Positions 49,941 to 59,001 of a DNA stretch of 64,000 bases are shown piece after piece. How positions within the stretch are numbered: the first letter of the stretch is position 1; each line of letters opens with the position of its first letter. This DNA is from a virus. The DNA lies in IMG/VR virus record IMGVR_UViG_3300045738_002037, positions 64,001 to 128,000 of that record; one strand, given 5' to 3'. The position numbers and the translations under genes were made by a program. The notes beneath the pieces were generated by a model that did no database searches, was not told the origin of the DNA, and was given only the letters and a program-made list of their open reading frames with translations.

Positions 49941-49943
49941 TGC

Positions 49944-50372
49944 TTATTTATCTGCCCACTTTTTAACCATGCGCAATATACGGCCTTGTTCTTTTTTTGC
50001 CGCTGTAGATGAATCGAACAAATAAGATTCCGGCATCCATTCCTCTTCATTGCTAATATAAAAGAATTCACCTGTGTCTTCGCTCCTAGCAACATCGCAA
50101 ATCTCGAACTGTTCTACTTCAAGCTTGGAAGTTAAAAACATAACTATTGCTTGAAAATCTATGTGATTTAATTTAGGCAAATGTGCCCTTGAATTCCATA
50201 CATTTTTAGCTATTCTTCTGTCATAGAAAACTTTAGGATGATGCTCAAGCATCCACTCATCGCCAACAGGCACCATCACATTAGTAGCACCAACCGGTCT
50301 TAATGTTACCCACCAAACCGATTCGCCTACTTTATATCTTGATAATTCTAGTACTGATCTTATCGGGGGCAT
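49944..50372 (-). CDS. Hypothetical protein
   Basis: ORF in gene run; YKVGESVW. Confidence 0.65.
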   Translation of the reverse strand: MPPIRSVLELSRYKVGESVWWVTLRPVGATNVMVPVGDEWMLEHHPKVFYDRRIAKNVWNSRAHLPKLNHIDFQAIVMFLTSKLEVEQFEICDVARSEDTGEFFYISNEEEWMPESYLFDSSTAAKKEQGRILRMVKKWADK

Positions 50373-50384
50373 AATCCTTTGCCC

Positions 50385-50600
50385 TTAGCCGCATATCACC
50401 CTGTTAATAGCTTGATTAATAATGTTTTCAGCTATAGTTTTGGTGACGCCAACAGCTACTGGGATCCATTCTTCGTTTTCTTGAACTTCAATTTGATATT
50501 GACCAGTGTGAATGTTTTGTCCTTCCATCGGCACGGCACGAACCTTACCGGGGCCAGCTTTCTTTATTCTCACAATAGCTTCATTGATATTTACCGCCAT
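50385..50600 (-). CDS. Hypothetical protein
   Basis: GGAG RBS. Confidence 0.65.
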   Translation of the reverse strand: MAVNINEAIVRIKKAGPGKVRAVPMEGQNIHTGQYQIEVQENEEWIPVAVGVTKTIAENIINQAINRVICG

Positions 50601-50649
50601 AATCGCGCTCCATGATGATGATTTGTATTAATTTTGACCCATTACCTAA

Positions 50650-51435
50650 TCATTCTGCTATTTTTAAAAATTGTTCATAACTTTCTTTAAAAATATCCTG
50701 TTTATTCAGTCCATCAGAAATTCTTTTTCCAAGACCAAACTCCATAAAGTACCAACCATTATAGCCAATTCCTTTAGAATCATCAATGGTTTGTTTTATC
50801 ATAGAGTCGCCAACGCCAACAACTTTAAACCCATATCCTATTTTATAGTCCCTAACATCAATCGCTGCGACGAATTTTCTAATATTTTTCCAATATTTAT
50901 CAAAGGGATTTATGTTTCTTTTAGTAATTAATTGCACTGGGTCATATAATAGCCGCCAGTGCCTATTATTGCCCAACAATTCTAATATAATTGGAATATC
51001 ATGGCTATATGGAAAATCATCGGTTATTTCAAACAATGGAATAATACCAGCTTTAGCGCATTCGGAGGCAATCAACGCCATCCAATCATTTATAATGTCT
51101 TTATTTCTACTGGCGTTTTTTATTCCACCGAATATTCTAACATAATTAGCTTTGAAATATCTTGTAATAGATAAAGTTCTATCAATTGTTTCTGAAGATA
51201 TATTTCCTAAATCATTACAATCAATAAGACCGAGGTTAGACGCAACCATCGGGACAGATAAGGAATACTTATCAATTATTCCTTTAAGCTTTTGACACGT
51301 AGAATCGCTAAGATCGCAAATATTGCCGGTCCAAACTTGGCGAATTACAACATGTTTAATATCACATTCCTGCAAAGTTTGACATGCTACATCTGGGGTA
51401 TCGCCTGCGTCATTTAAATAGGCTGCTATTTTCAT
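50650..51435 (-). CDS. Sugar phosphate isomerase/epimerase-like TIM barrel (AP endonuclease 2 superfamily)
   Basis: YVRIF, LFE, LYDP, DVRD, VGVGD, GYNGWYFME; ATGA overlap with purZ. Confidence 0.75.
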   Translation of the reverse strand: MKIAAYLNDAGDTPDVACQTLQECDIKHVVIRQVWTGNICDLSDSTCQKLKGIIDKYSLSVPMVASNLGLIDCNDLGNISSETIDRTLSITRYFKANYVRIFGGIKNASRNKDIINDWMALIASECAKAGIIPLFEITDDFPYSHDIPIILELLGNNRHWRLLYDPVQLITKRNINPFDKYWKNIRKFVAAIDVRDYKIGYGFKVVGVGDSMIKQTIDDSKGIGYNGWYFMEFGLGKRISDGLNKQDIFKESYEQFLKIAE

Positions 51436-52547
51436 AAATACGCCACATGGTCAATTTGTGGCCCAGTGCCCACAATAGTCACTGGCAACAACACCAAATC
51501 TTCGATCATTTCGATGAATTCTTGAACTTTTGCCGGTAATTTTCCGTAATCGTTGGTCCCATAACATGACCAATCAATATAATTAGCAAAATTTAACGCG
51601 ATCTTTGTCGCACCATTTACTACAACAGCTTCTTGTAATTGAATTTTAGAAAGCGAAAACACTCGGCGTAACCTTTTGGTCACTGTGGTAAGTTCACCTT
51701 TCATTACTTCTGGAGGCGCGCCTGCGGTTTCAGCAACTTCGGCCCATGTGATCTCTTGATGGTCATCATAACAATCACCCGAATACCCAACAGTTTCTCC
51801 ATTTTCCACCACATTGCCGACCCTAATGGGATATGGCCTAATTACTAAATATACGTCTCCAACTTTATAAGGCGAAACGCCCATATCGGCTAAATTGTAA
51901 ACAGCAGTTGTGCCTCTGCTAGTACAATGGGGATAGTGGGATCCGTGATTTATATCTAACGAAAACCCCTGCGCGCCTTCATGCAATATCGTGTTGCCAT
52001 CATTCATTAGCTTATTTAAATGTGTTGGCATGTAATAATCTTTAACGTTTGGAACATATGGCAATAATTCTTTATAGTCTCTAGCAAGCTTCAGTCCCGG
52101 TTTTCTCATTGCTTTATCTGCTAAAAAGGCACCACAGCCTTGCATCGTGCTAGCAACACTTTTCGTTCCAGTTTTTAAATTCTCCTCTGCTTCTTTATGC
52201 TCATGCGTGATCACACCGGCTCTGGGGTGTATCACAGTATTTTCAGCCACATCGCATTCATCTATTTCTTTTAGCATCTGGTCAATGGTGAACGCGGCTG
52301 AAGGCCCAACTAGTATAGATGGGCTATATTCTCCATCGGTCCATTTTTTTAAAATGGCAGCGGAGGGCAGCGCTTTAGCCACAAACGCATCGCCGTTGAT
52401 ATTGATCGCCGTATGGCCAGCATTGGCCATGTTCGTGGTAGAAAGGACTTCTGGTTTATACCGGTCAGCCAACGCAGAAGTAATTAAGCCCTTCCCACAG
52501 CTTCCCCATTGCCCATCTGTTATAATATTAAATTTCCCTGCTTGCAT
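51432..52547 (-). CDS. purZ: PurZ-type N6-succino-2-amino-2'-deoxyadenylate synthase (PurA homologue)
   Basis: DGQWGSCGKG (Ser for catalytic Asp), NMANAGHT, EGAQG, YPHCTSR, PIRVGN, ELTTVTKRLRRVF, LNFANY. Confidence 0.82.
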   Translation of the reverse strand: MQAGKFNIITDGQWGSCGKGLITSALADRYKPEVLSTTNMANAGHTAININGDAFVAKALPSAAILKKWTDGEYSPSILVGPSAAFTIDQMLKEIDECDVAENTVIHPRAGVITHEHKEAEENLKTGTKSVASTMQGCGAFLADKAMRKPGLKLARDYKELLPYVPNVKDYYMPTHLNKLMNDGNTILHEGAQGFSLDINHGSHYPHCTSRGTTAVYNLADMGVSPYKVGDVYLVIRPYPIRVGNVVENGETVGYSGDCYDDHQEITWAEVAETAGAPPEVMKGELTTVTKRLRRVFSLSKIQLQEAVVVNGATKIALNFANYIDWSCYGTNDYGKLPAKVQEFIEMIEDLVLLPVTIVGTGPQIDHVAYL

Positions 52548-52580
52548 TATATAGTCTCCATAAATAAATCAGCATAAATT

Positions 52581-52586
52581 AAATAC
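52581..52586 (-). promoter_or_regulatory. Candidate phage promoter element GTATTT upstream of purZ (one of about 8 similar sites)
   Basis: Same hexamer, on the strand of the downstream gene, in several intergenic gaps. Confidence 0.35.
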
Positions 52587-52608
52587 GCACTAAATATTAT
52601 AAATAGCG

Positions 52609-52977
52609 TTATCTAAGAGAAGAAGAAACTTGGACATCATATCCATCGTCTTCCCAATTTTTATGTTGCGCTTCTTTATTTAATTTGCCAACTGAAGACG
52701 TAGATTTGTCCAATTGACTAATAGCGTCGGGCAAAGGCATAACTTTGACCACTGCGTCAATTACATCATCTTCTTCCATTTCAATAATAGCCACAAGATT
52801 TTTCTCTTGTAACTTAATTTTATATTTTTGGGCTATTAATATAGCACCTAATTCATCAGCTAATTTAGACATTTGTACTGAGATATAGCGACGTTGCGAA
52901 TCAAGCCATTCATCAGATCTGGTTAAAAGATCGGCATCTTCGCCTATTTCATGAATCATGCTTAATATGTTCATCAA
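52609..52977 (-). CDS. Hypothetical protein
   Basis: ORF in gene run. Confidence 0.55.
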   Translation of the reverse strand: MMNILSMIHEIGEDADLLTRSDEWLDSQRRYISVQMSKLADELGAILIAQKYKIKLQEKNLVAIIEMEEDDVIDAVVKVMPLPDAISQLDKSTSSVGKLNKEAQHKNWEDDGYDVQVSSSLR

Positions 52978-53275
52978 TTTTTACCCAAGTGTCAGGAACC
53001 CAAGTCATCATCCCATGAAGTTCAATTCTAACTAGTTTGTGCTTCCTATCACGAACTATCGCAATTTCATCATGCCAAGGATGTTCTTTATTATTTATTT
53101 TTACAATTGTGCCCTCTTCTATTTCTGGAATTTCTACTTTTAAATGTTTTGAACCACCTATTTCCACATGTTCAATAATTATATTTACTAATTCTCCACA
53201 AATTTTGCATCTATTGGCATCATCTTTATTTATTATGTTACTTGTTCCACATTTCTGGCAAGTTATAGTATTCAA
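52949..53275 (-). CDS. Zinc ribbon plus KOW/SH3-like protein
   Basis: CQKC/CKIC; GTIVKI..HPW. Confidence 0.6.
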   Translation of the reverse strand: MNTITCQKCGTSNIINKDDANRCKICGELVNIIIEHVEIGGSKHLKVEIPEIEEGTIVKINNKEHPWHDEIAIVRDRKHKLVRIELHGMMTWVPDTWVKIDEHIKHDS

Positions 53276-53961
53276 CTTAAAATCTCTTTTAATTGATCAG
53301 GCTGTCTTTGCACTTCTTTAATTATGTTTTTAATCTGAGCTAAACTAACAGCATATTTATAAGCATCTTTACATAACATTATAGATTTTACATCTTTTAT
53401 ATTACCACTAACTTTTATCGGCACACTTATAATTTCTTTTATTTTGCTAATCATCTCATTGTGTATATCTGGATTAGCTTTACTAACTTGCAATTTTAAT
53501 TGATGATTTGTTCGTAAACAACTTGGAGACGGCACAAATTTCATTGCTTCGCAGATATCTGTAATATTTTCATCAGAATGGTGCATGCCAAGAACAAATC
53601 TTATCTCAACAGTTGGCGAAATATGGTTTCTAACAAAATCAGTTAAAACAGACATTTCGTTTTGACAATCCGCTTGAGACCTGCCCCCGGATAATAAAAA
53701 CTCAAATCCATCACAACTTAAAGAATCTATGGTCAATCCTCGTAATTTAGTATCACCATAGCATTCCCCTTTAGGCCAGTCAACCGGAGTCAATATTTTA
53801 AATTTACCCTGCCATTTGATCCTTTGCAACAAAGCATCAGCAGATATTTCTGGGTGAACAATTATAGACGGAATCGCATATTTCACGGCTAACTCTGCAA
53901 CATCCGCTAATTCATTAGACTGCATAACATCTATTTCAATATTATTGAACAAAGCATTCAT
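53272..53961 (-). CDS. DeoC (deoxyribose-phosphate aldolase)-fold protein, degenerate active site
   Basis: IIVHP, VDWPKG, IKVSGNIK; KTSTG Schiff-base motif appears as RTNHQ. Confidence 0.6.
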   Translation of the reverse strand: MNALFNNIEIDVMQSNELADVAELAVKYAIPSIIVHPEISADALLQRIKWQGKFKILTPVDWPKGECYGDTKLRGLTIDSLSCDGFEFLLSGGRSQADCQNEMSVLTDFVRNHISPTVEIRFVLGMHHSDENITDICEAMKFVPSPSCLRTNHQLKLQVSKANPDIHNEMISKIKEIISVPIKVSGNIKDVKSIMLCKDAYKYAVSLAQIKNIIKEVQRQPDQLKEILS

Positions 53962-53975
53962 GTTACACCTTTATA

Positions 53976-54371
53976 TCACTTAGAAGATAATTCTATAACT
54001 TTTTTGATAGCTTCGGAACTATCACAAGTTTTAAATACTATAGGATTATTTTCATCAGTCAAATAATGAAATGATGTGGGTACATAGTCCTCTTCTTCCA
54101 TTAAAATAACTATTGGTATATTTTTAGCATATGCATAGCCAAATTCAAAGTGTGATCCTTTTCTTGCTGGCGTAACCATTAAGATACAGTCAGAATCATC
54201 CACCCCCCTAACCTCTGCCAAAGCGATATTCATCAATTCACTTTCGTCATCACAAAAACCGTGGAGCGTCCAATCATAAGTTATAGTAACGCCATGTTCT
54301 ATTAACTGATCTCTCAGTTGGCGAACTCTATCTTTATTATTAAGGCTAGACGCTATATAAACGTTTTTCAT
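53976..54371 (-). CDS. Nucleoside 2-deoxyribosyltransferase / nucleotide N-glycosidase family
   Basis: VYIAS, SDCIL, GSHFEFGYA with catalytic Glu, NIPI. Confidence 0.82.
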   Translation of the reverse strand: MKNVYIASSLNNKDRVRQLRDQLIEHGVTITYDWTLHGFCDDESELMNIALAEVRGVDDSDCILMVTPARKGSHFEFGYAYAKNIPIVILMEEEDYVPTSFHYLTDENNPIVFKTCDSSEAIKKVIELSSK

Positions 54372-54391
54372 ATTACGTGAAATACGTATCG

Positions 54392-54616
54392 TCAGTTTTT
54401 CTTGCGTACAGCCGGAACTTCAATATTGATTTGCTGGGTATGACCCTGAATCGGTTTTACAATATTAAAAGACCCATTTATGCCATTGTCAATACCAGAA
54501 TTATACTGTAATTGATGGTGTTGATTATTCCCACCATGCGGTCCATCAAAGGTATTGGCACTTTTCGCGCCTTTCATTACATGCGGCTTTTGATTTCCGT
54601 AAGCATTATCGGCCAT
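54392..54616 (-). CDS. Hypothetical protein
   Basis: AGGAG RBS. Confidence 0.6.
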   Translation of the reverse strand: MADNAYGNQKPHVMKGAKSANTFDGPHGGNNQHHQLQYNSGIDNGINGSFNIVKPIQGHTQQINIEVPAVRKKN

Positions 54617-54643
54617 TTTAATTCTCCTGTAATTTTACCCAAT

Positions 54644-55624
54644 TCATTTTTGAACACGATCTATTATCATTGAAATAGCATCTTTATGGCCAACTTTATT
54701 AAATTGACCCACAAAATCCCAATTGTTATAGTCAGAACAGAATGTAAATTTGTTTTTTTCCTCGTCAGTTAAAATTGTTGCGGCATAATCATAATATTCC
54801 GCTTCATTTTTGAATCTTATTTTTCTAATGTCTGGATTCACATCTGGGTTTGTCCCATAAAAATGCAGCCGACCATTTAAACCATCTGGGTCCATATCAC
54901 ACCCAAATATATAAGTGTGCTGATATCCGATCCACATAGCAATTTGCATGCTCGCAAAAACCGTGGATCTGCCAATATGAAATCCTTGTGTTAAGTCTCT
55001 ACTAAAACCCTTGCCGGGTATATTCTTTATCTGAAACGAATTTGATTTATTATGCCTTATCGCAGTGCTGTTTATTATTATGCCATCATATTCTTTCCAA
55101 AGATCTTCATGTCGAGCATATTGTGATGAATCACAAAATGTCCAATAAGTAGTCGGCCATAAACGAGGATCTGGTTTATTTATAGACATAATGTCAATAT
55201 GTTCAACGCCAACTAATTTCTCTAGAGAAACTTCCGTAATAGACGGCCCATTGCCAATAACAACTAATATCCTATTAATGCCGATACCACGAATTTCTAC
55301 TATCTTATTTCGAGATTTTTGCGTTATTTCCGGATCATCAACGTAGTTTACTCTAACTTTCTTCTTAACCTTCTGTGGATGTTTTACAACAACATATTGC
55401 GCGGCTAAATCTTTAGCAGGATTCTCAGAAATAACAGGTGCAGACGGCAATTGTTGAATTTCTCTCACGCCTATTTTATTCAAATTCTGCCGGTTTATTT
55501 CATCTAATTTTACAACTTTTGCTTTTGATGGTTGAATAATTACTTTAGCAGTACTCGGTACTCGAATAGCCTTTGGAAAATTAACAATTTTATGTTGGCG
55601 TATTATTGGATGCTTTTCTGGCAT
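54644..55624 (-). CDS. Maf/MptE-like (DUF115) or GT42-like sugar transferase with N-terminal extension
   Basis: VIGNGPS, STVFASMQIA, IYIFGCD-like TYIFGCD, HFY. Confidence 0.7.
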   Translation of the reverse strand: MPEKHPIIRQHKIVNFPKAIRVPSTAKVIIQPSKAKVVKLDEINRQNLNKIGVREIQQLPSAPVISENPAKDLAAQYVVVKHPQKVKKKVRVNYVDDPEITQKSRNKIVEIRGIGINRILVVIGNGPSITEVSLEKLVGVEHIDIMSINKPDPRLWPTTYWTFCDSSQYARHEDLWKEYDGIIINSTAIRHNKSNSFQIKNIPGKGFSRDLTQGFHIGRSTVFASMQIAMWIGYQHTYIFGCDMDPDGLNGRLHFYGTNPDVNPDIRKIRFKNEAEYYDYAATILTDEEKNKFTFCSDYNNWDFVGQFNKVGHKDAISMIIDRVQK

Positions 55625-55770
55625 AATATAACTTTAACTTTACAATAGCAAGAATGTATTTTTATCTTCGATTAGATAAGGTAAGAAATTTATCTTACTC
55701 TTACTTACAAATCGAAAATACTAAAGCCAAGGGCAGAAAATAAGGGGGGGGGATTGACAAAGAAATCTTT

Positions 55771-56526
55771 TTATGTTCTAATAGTTTTCTTGCCGCCGAG
55801 TACCCTAAGGCTTCTCATTGATTTAGGCAATATACCAGATTGTAAATCAGAAGCCAATTTAAAAATATTTTGCTTCTGTTTATTACGTTTGTTCATAATC
55901 GAGTACATGCACCTATGGATAGTGGTAGTCAATAAATTGAATACCGGTGCCCGACCTGGAGTATAAACCAATTTTCTAGCTATGAGTTTGTTAACAACCT
56001 GCAATAAAGCATCTTCGGCTAAATCTATCTGTTCCTCTTCTGACGGAAGGTTAAATTTAGTAGAAATACCGCGACATATTTTACTGACATCCTCTAACAT
56101 AGCGTGCCAAGTCTTTTCACTAGGCAATTCTTTAATATATCCATTGCTTTCAAGATCAGGAATTATCTTGTCTTGTTGTATAAAAAGATCGCTCAAATCA
56201 TATACTTTAGTGTTAGACTTTAAATCTAATGATTTTCGTATTTTTCCCAGTGACCACTTAACTTTTTTGCCGCCGACAGTGGCACTTAATGTAGCGGCCA
56301 CTTTCCCATTGTAACTGTTGAAATAAAAAGGATTTGGCAAAGCTATACAATGTACTCGAACAGGATGTAACGGGTCGAGATATTTCGGATTATCGTCTAC
56401 TCTACCAATCACTTTGGTCCACAATAATCCACGTTCCCGAAAATCTTCAAGTTCTAGAACAGAAGTAGAAATCAACCAAAGGAACCAATTCCGTTCGAGA
56501 ACTTTACTATCGCAATATTGAGGCAT
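55771..56526 (-). CDS. RNA polymerase sigma factor, T4 gp55-like, with large insertion
   Basis: N-terminal YCDSKVL; region-2-like DLAEDALL...VFNLLTTTIHRCMYSIMNKRNKQK; no region 4. Confidence 0.65.
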   Translation of the reverse strand: MPQYCDSKVLERNWFLWLISTSVLELEDFRERGLLWTKVIGRVDDNPKYLDPLHPVRVHCIALPNPFYFNSYNGKVAATLSATVGGKKVKWSLGKIRKSLDLKSNTKVYDLSDLFIQQDKIIPDLESNGYIKELPSEKTWHAMLEDVSKICRGISTKFNLPSEEEQIDLAEDALLQVVNKLIARKLVYTPGRAPVFNLLTTTIHRCMYSIMNKRNKQKQNIFKLASDLQSGILPKSMRSLRVLGGKKTIRT

Positions 56527-56644
56527 ATTATTTCCTTTGCCACAAAATTTTTTTTAGTATTTGATAAAGAGAGGTTAACTCCCTTTCCCCCTTGAAAGTA
56601 AAATACAGCCTGTAAAGTTTGAAAAGCATGAAGGAGCATGAAAA

Positions 56645-58006
56645 ATGACAATTCTTAGACAAATGCCTAGTTTGCACTTAAGGGGATCATTAGTTAACCA
56701 AACAATGAAAAACCTCACGTCAGAAGAAAAAAAGACCGTAGAAAAACTTTTAGAAAAAATCACAAGGCACCCGGAGCTAGCCCCTCATCGAACAGAATTC
56801 GCAAACACGCTATCACATACGATACGTGGGGATTATTATGACGATTCAAAGGCTGCCGACCAGGAATTCCAAATTTCCATTTTCCGCGCAATAGTAGAAT
56901 TATTATATCACAGAAAATATAGCTATAAATGCAATTCGTGCCAAAGCAGCACATATATTACTCAACGCGGTAAACCAACTCCAATTAATCGGCAAACTGA
57001 TCATTGCCCTAATTGTAATAAAATCGAAGTAGAGAATCCCGGCGACACTGATTGGAAAATTGGCGAATTTGTAGATCAAGATGAATTTCAAGCATCATAT
57101 GCTAATTTCACAGATTTAGATAAGTCACCAAAAGCCAAATCACCAATCTTGGTAATCCCCGGAGAAAAGAAATACTCAGACCCTCAAAAAATTTTAAATG
57201 ATGACAAGCAACTACAAAGATTCTTCAAAGAATTCATCTGGAACTACCATAGACAAATCCTGAATGAAAACAAACGAAAAAAACACAAACAAAAACCAAC
57301 AGAAATCAAAGGACCAGCTGATCTTATTATCATTGAAGAAATACTGTCTGCGATTGAAAAATTAAAAATCGAATGTCTATTTGATAGCAATGAAAAACCT
57401 ACAAACGGCTGGTATATCATAAGAGCGTTATTGTTAAAGACGCCACCAGAATTCAGTATTTCACTTCAAGAAATAGTAAACAAATCCGAAAATTATGGAG
57501 TCCACGCTAAGATAACTCACAATGAGATTTGGATCCAAGCAACTTCAGACGCACCAATCATAAAGGCTACTATTTCAAAACCAGAATACGTGAAATTTCA
57601 GGATGGTAAATCTGATGATGACAGCACAGATGTTGTCAGTCAGATTAGTAAAACACTCACAGGAGGAGTAATCATGTATCCGGAACACCATGTAACCGTC
57701 ATTGATGGACAAGACCAATTCGATGCCGTTAGACAACGATTACCAGAAGGCGATTGTAAAAAGGTATTCGATATTTATGCCGGGCGCGGTAAAATCTACT
57801 ATGAATTTAGCCAGCCAAAAGTCCCAAAAGACGGCATGAATGAAAATGAAAATTATGGATTTGGCGATGGAGACCCTAAAATATCACACATCGCAAGATT
57901 TTTAAAAATTCAACCAAGAGCAGTTAAGAAATATCGAGAAACTATTAAAATCGTAATGATGGCGCTCGGGATGACACCAATCGCGGTCGAATCCGAGTAC
58001 CATTAA
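56645..58006 (+). CDS. Sigma70-like factor with zinc-ribbon insertion and C-terminal HTH; likely start 56705
   Basis: DQEFQISIFRA, FFKEFIWNYHRQIL, RLPEG..KVF, ISHIARFLKIQPRAVKKY; CNSC/CPNC. Confidence 0.55.
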   Translation: MTILRQMPSLHLRGSLVNQTMKNLTSEEKKTVEKLLEKITRHPELAPHRTEFANTLSHTIRGDYYDDSKAADQEFQISIFRAIVELLYHRKYSYKCNSCQSSTYITQRGKPTPINRQTDHCPNCNKIEVENPGDTDWKIGEFVDQDEFQASYANFTDLDKSPKAKSPILVIPGEKKYSDPQKILNDDKQLQRFFKEFIWNYHRQILNENKRKKHKQKPTEIKGPADLIIIEEILSAIEKLKIECLFDSNEKPTNGWYIIRALLLKTPPEFSISLQEIVNKSENYGVHAKITHNEIWIQATSDAPIIKATISKPEYVKFQDGKSDDDSTDVVSQISKTLTGGVIMYPEHHVTVIDGQDQFDAVRQRLPEGDCKKVFDIYAGRGKIYYEFSQPKVPKDGMNENENYGFGDGDPKISHIARFLKIQPRAVKKYRETIKIVMMALGMTPIAVESEYH

Positions 58007-58011
58007 CTTGA

Positions 58012-58428
58012 TCACACTTGGTCTAAATTGAATTTCCCGTATATATCCCGCTTAGCATTAAAATCTTCAACATCATGGTATAACTGCGGGTTTTCTTGTT
58101 TTAATTTTTTTAAAACATCTAATCTAAGACCAGCGCCTATCTTGCTTATTTCTATAGCCTTTTCTTCTATAATAATAGGCGTAATAATGTCTGAATATTT
58201 TTCAACTTGAGGCATTGTCTCTTCAAAATTTTCTGTTTCAAAAGGAGTATAATCTTTCCCAATAACAGTTTCTATAACCGGATATCTTCTTTTGTCATTG
58301 CCAACGCCAGCTCTACTTTTTTTTATTTTCGGCGTATTTTCTGAATATAATTCTCGAAGTTTCTCAACTCTATCTTTCATATATCCGGCAATATCAACTT
58401 TATTGTTTTTGCGCAACATCGTTATCAT
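58012..58428 (-). CDS. Hypothetical protein
   Basis: ATGA overlap with upstream gene. Confidence 0.6.
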   Translation of the reverse strand: MITMLRKNNKVDIAGYMKDRVEKLRELYSENTPKIKKSRAGVGNDKRRYPVIETVIGKDYTPFETENFEETMPQVEKYSDIITPIIIEEKAIEISKIGAGLRLDVLKKLKQENPQLYHDVEDFNAKRDIYGKFNLDQV

Positions 58429-58967
58429 GTGCCATAGCCGGATTTAGTAAAGAATTGATTAGCTTGGCCCATCATTAATCCTTTTGCTCTATGCGGGTAT
58501 TCTATATTATTTCCCGTAGAACCAGTTAAATTAACATAGCCATTAATATGGTTAGACAAAACTCTAATTATAAACGCTACAACTCTTCTAGGAGTAGATT
58601 GTCTTCTAGCGCCACCATAACCATGCTGAGGCGATTCTATTATACCATTATTGATTTGCCTAGACAAATCAATTAAATCATCATGATGTGACTCACCAAG
58701 ATACATTCGATGGTTGCTGAGAGCAAATAAATTCCAACCAAGAATTGCCTTGCCAACAGCGGGGTCAAGCTCTACAACATGCGGTTTAATCTCTATTTTA
58801 TTTGCCAATTGAGGAATCATCATTGGCAAATCTTGCATTAAAGAAGGATGTAACATGCGATCGAAACTCTCGCTAAAGCCCTTCTCCATAAAATAATGTA
58901 TTAATAGCCTACGAACAACCTCTGAATTCGTAGCGTGCTTAATATTGTCAACCGTGCGCGAGTCCAT
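58425..58967 (-). CDS. Hypothetical protein
   Basis: AGGAG RBS. Confidence 0.7.
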   Translation of the reverse strand: MDSRTVDNIKHATNSEVVRRLLIHYFMEKGFSESFDRMLHPSLMQDLPMMIPQLANKIEIKPHVVELDPAVGKAILGWNLFALSNHRMYLGESHHDDLIDLSRQINNGIIESPQHGYGGARRQSTPRRVVAFIIRVLSNHINGYVNLTGSTGNNIEYPHRAKGLMMGQANQFFTKSGYGT

Positions 58968-59001
58968 AATTTCTCCTACACTATTTACAATATTTTTGAA
59001 C

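Noticed and set aside
51432-52547. Ordinary PurA as an auxiliary metabolic gene
   Set aside because: Catalytic Asp and GTP-specificity motif are replaced by PurZ-type residues
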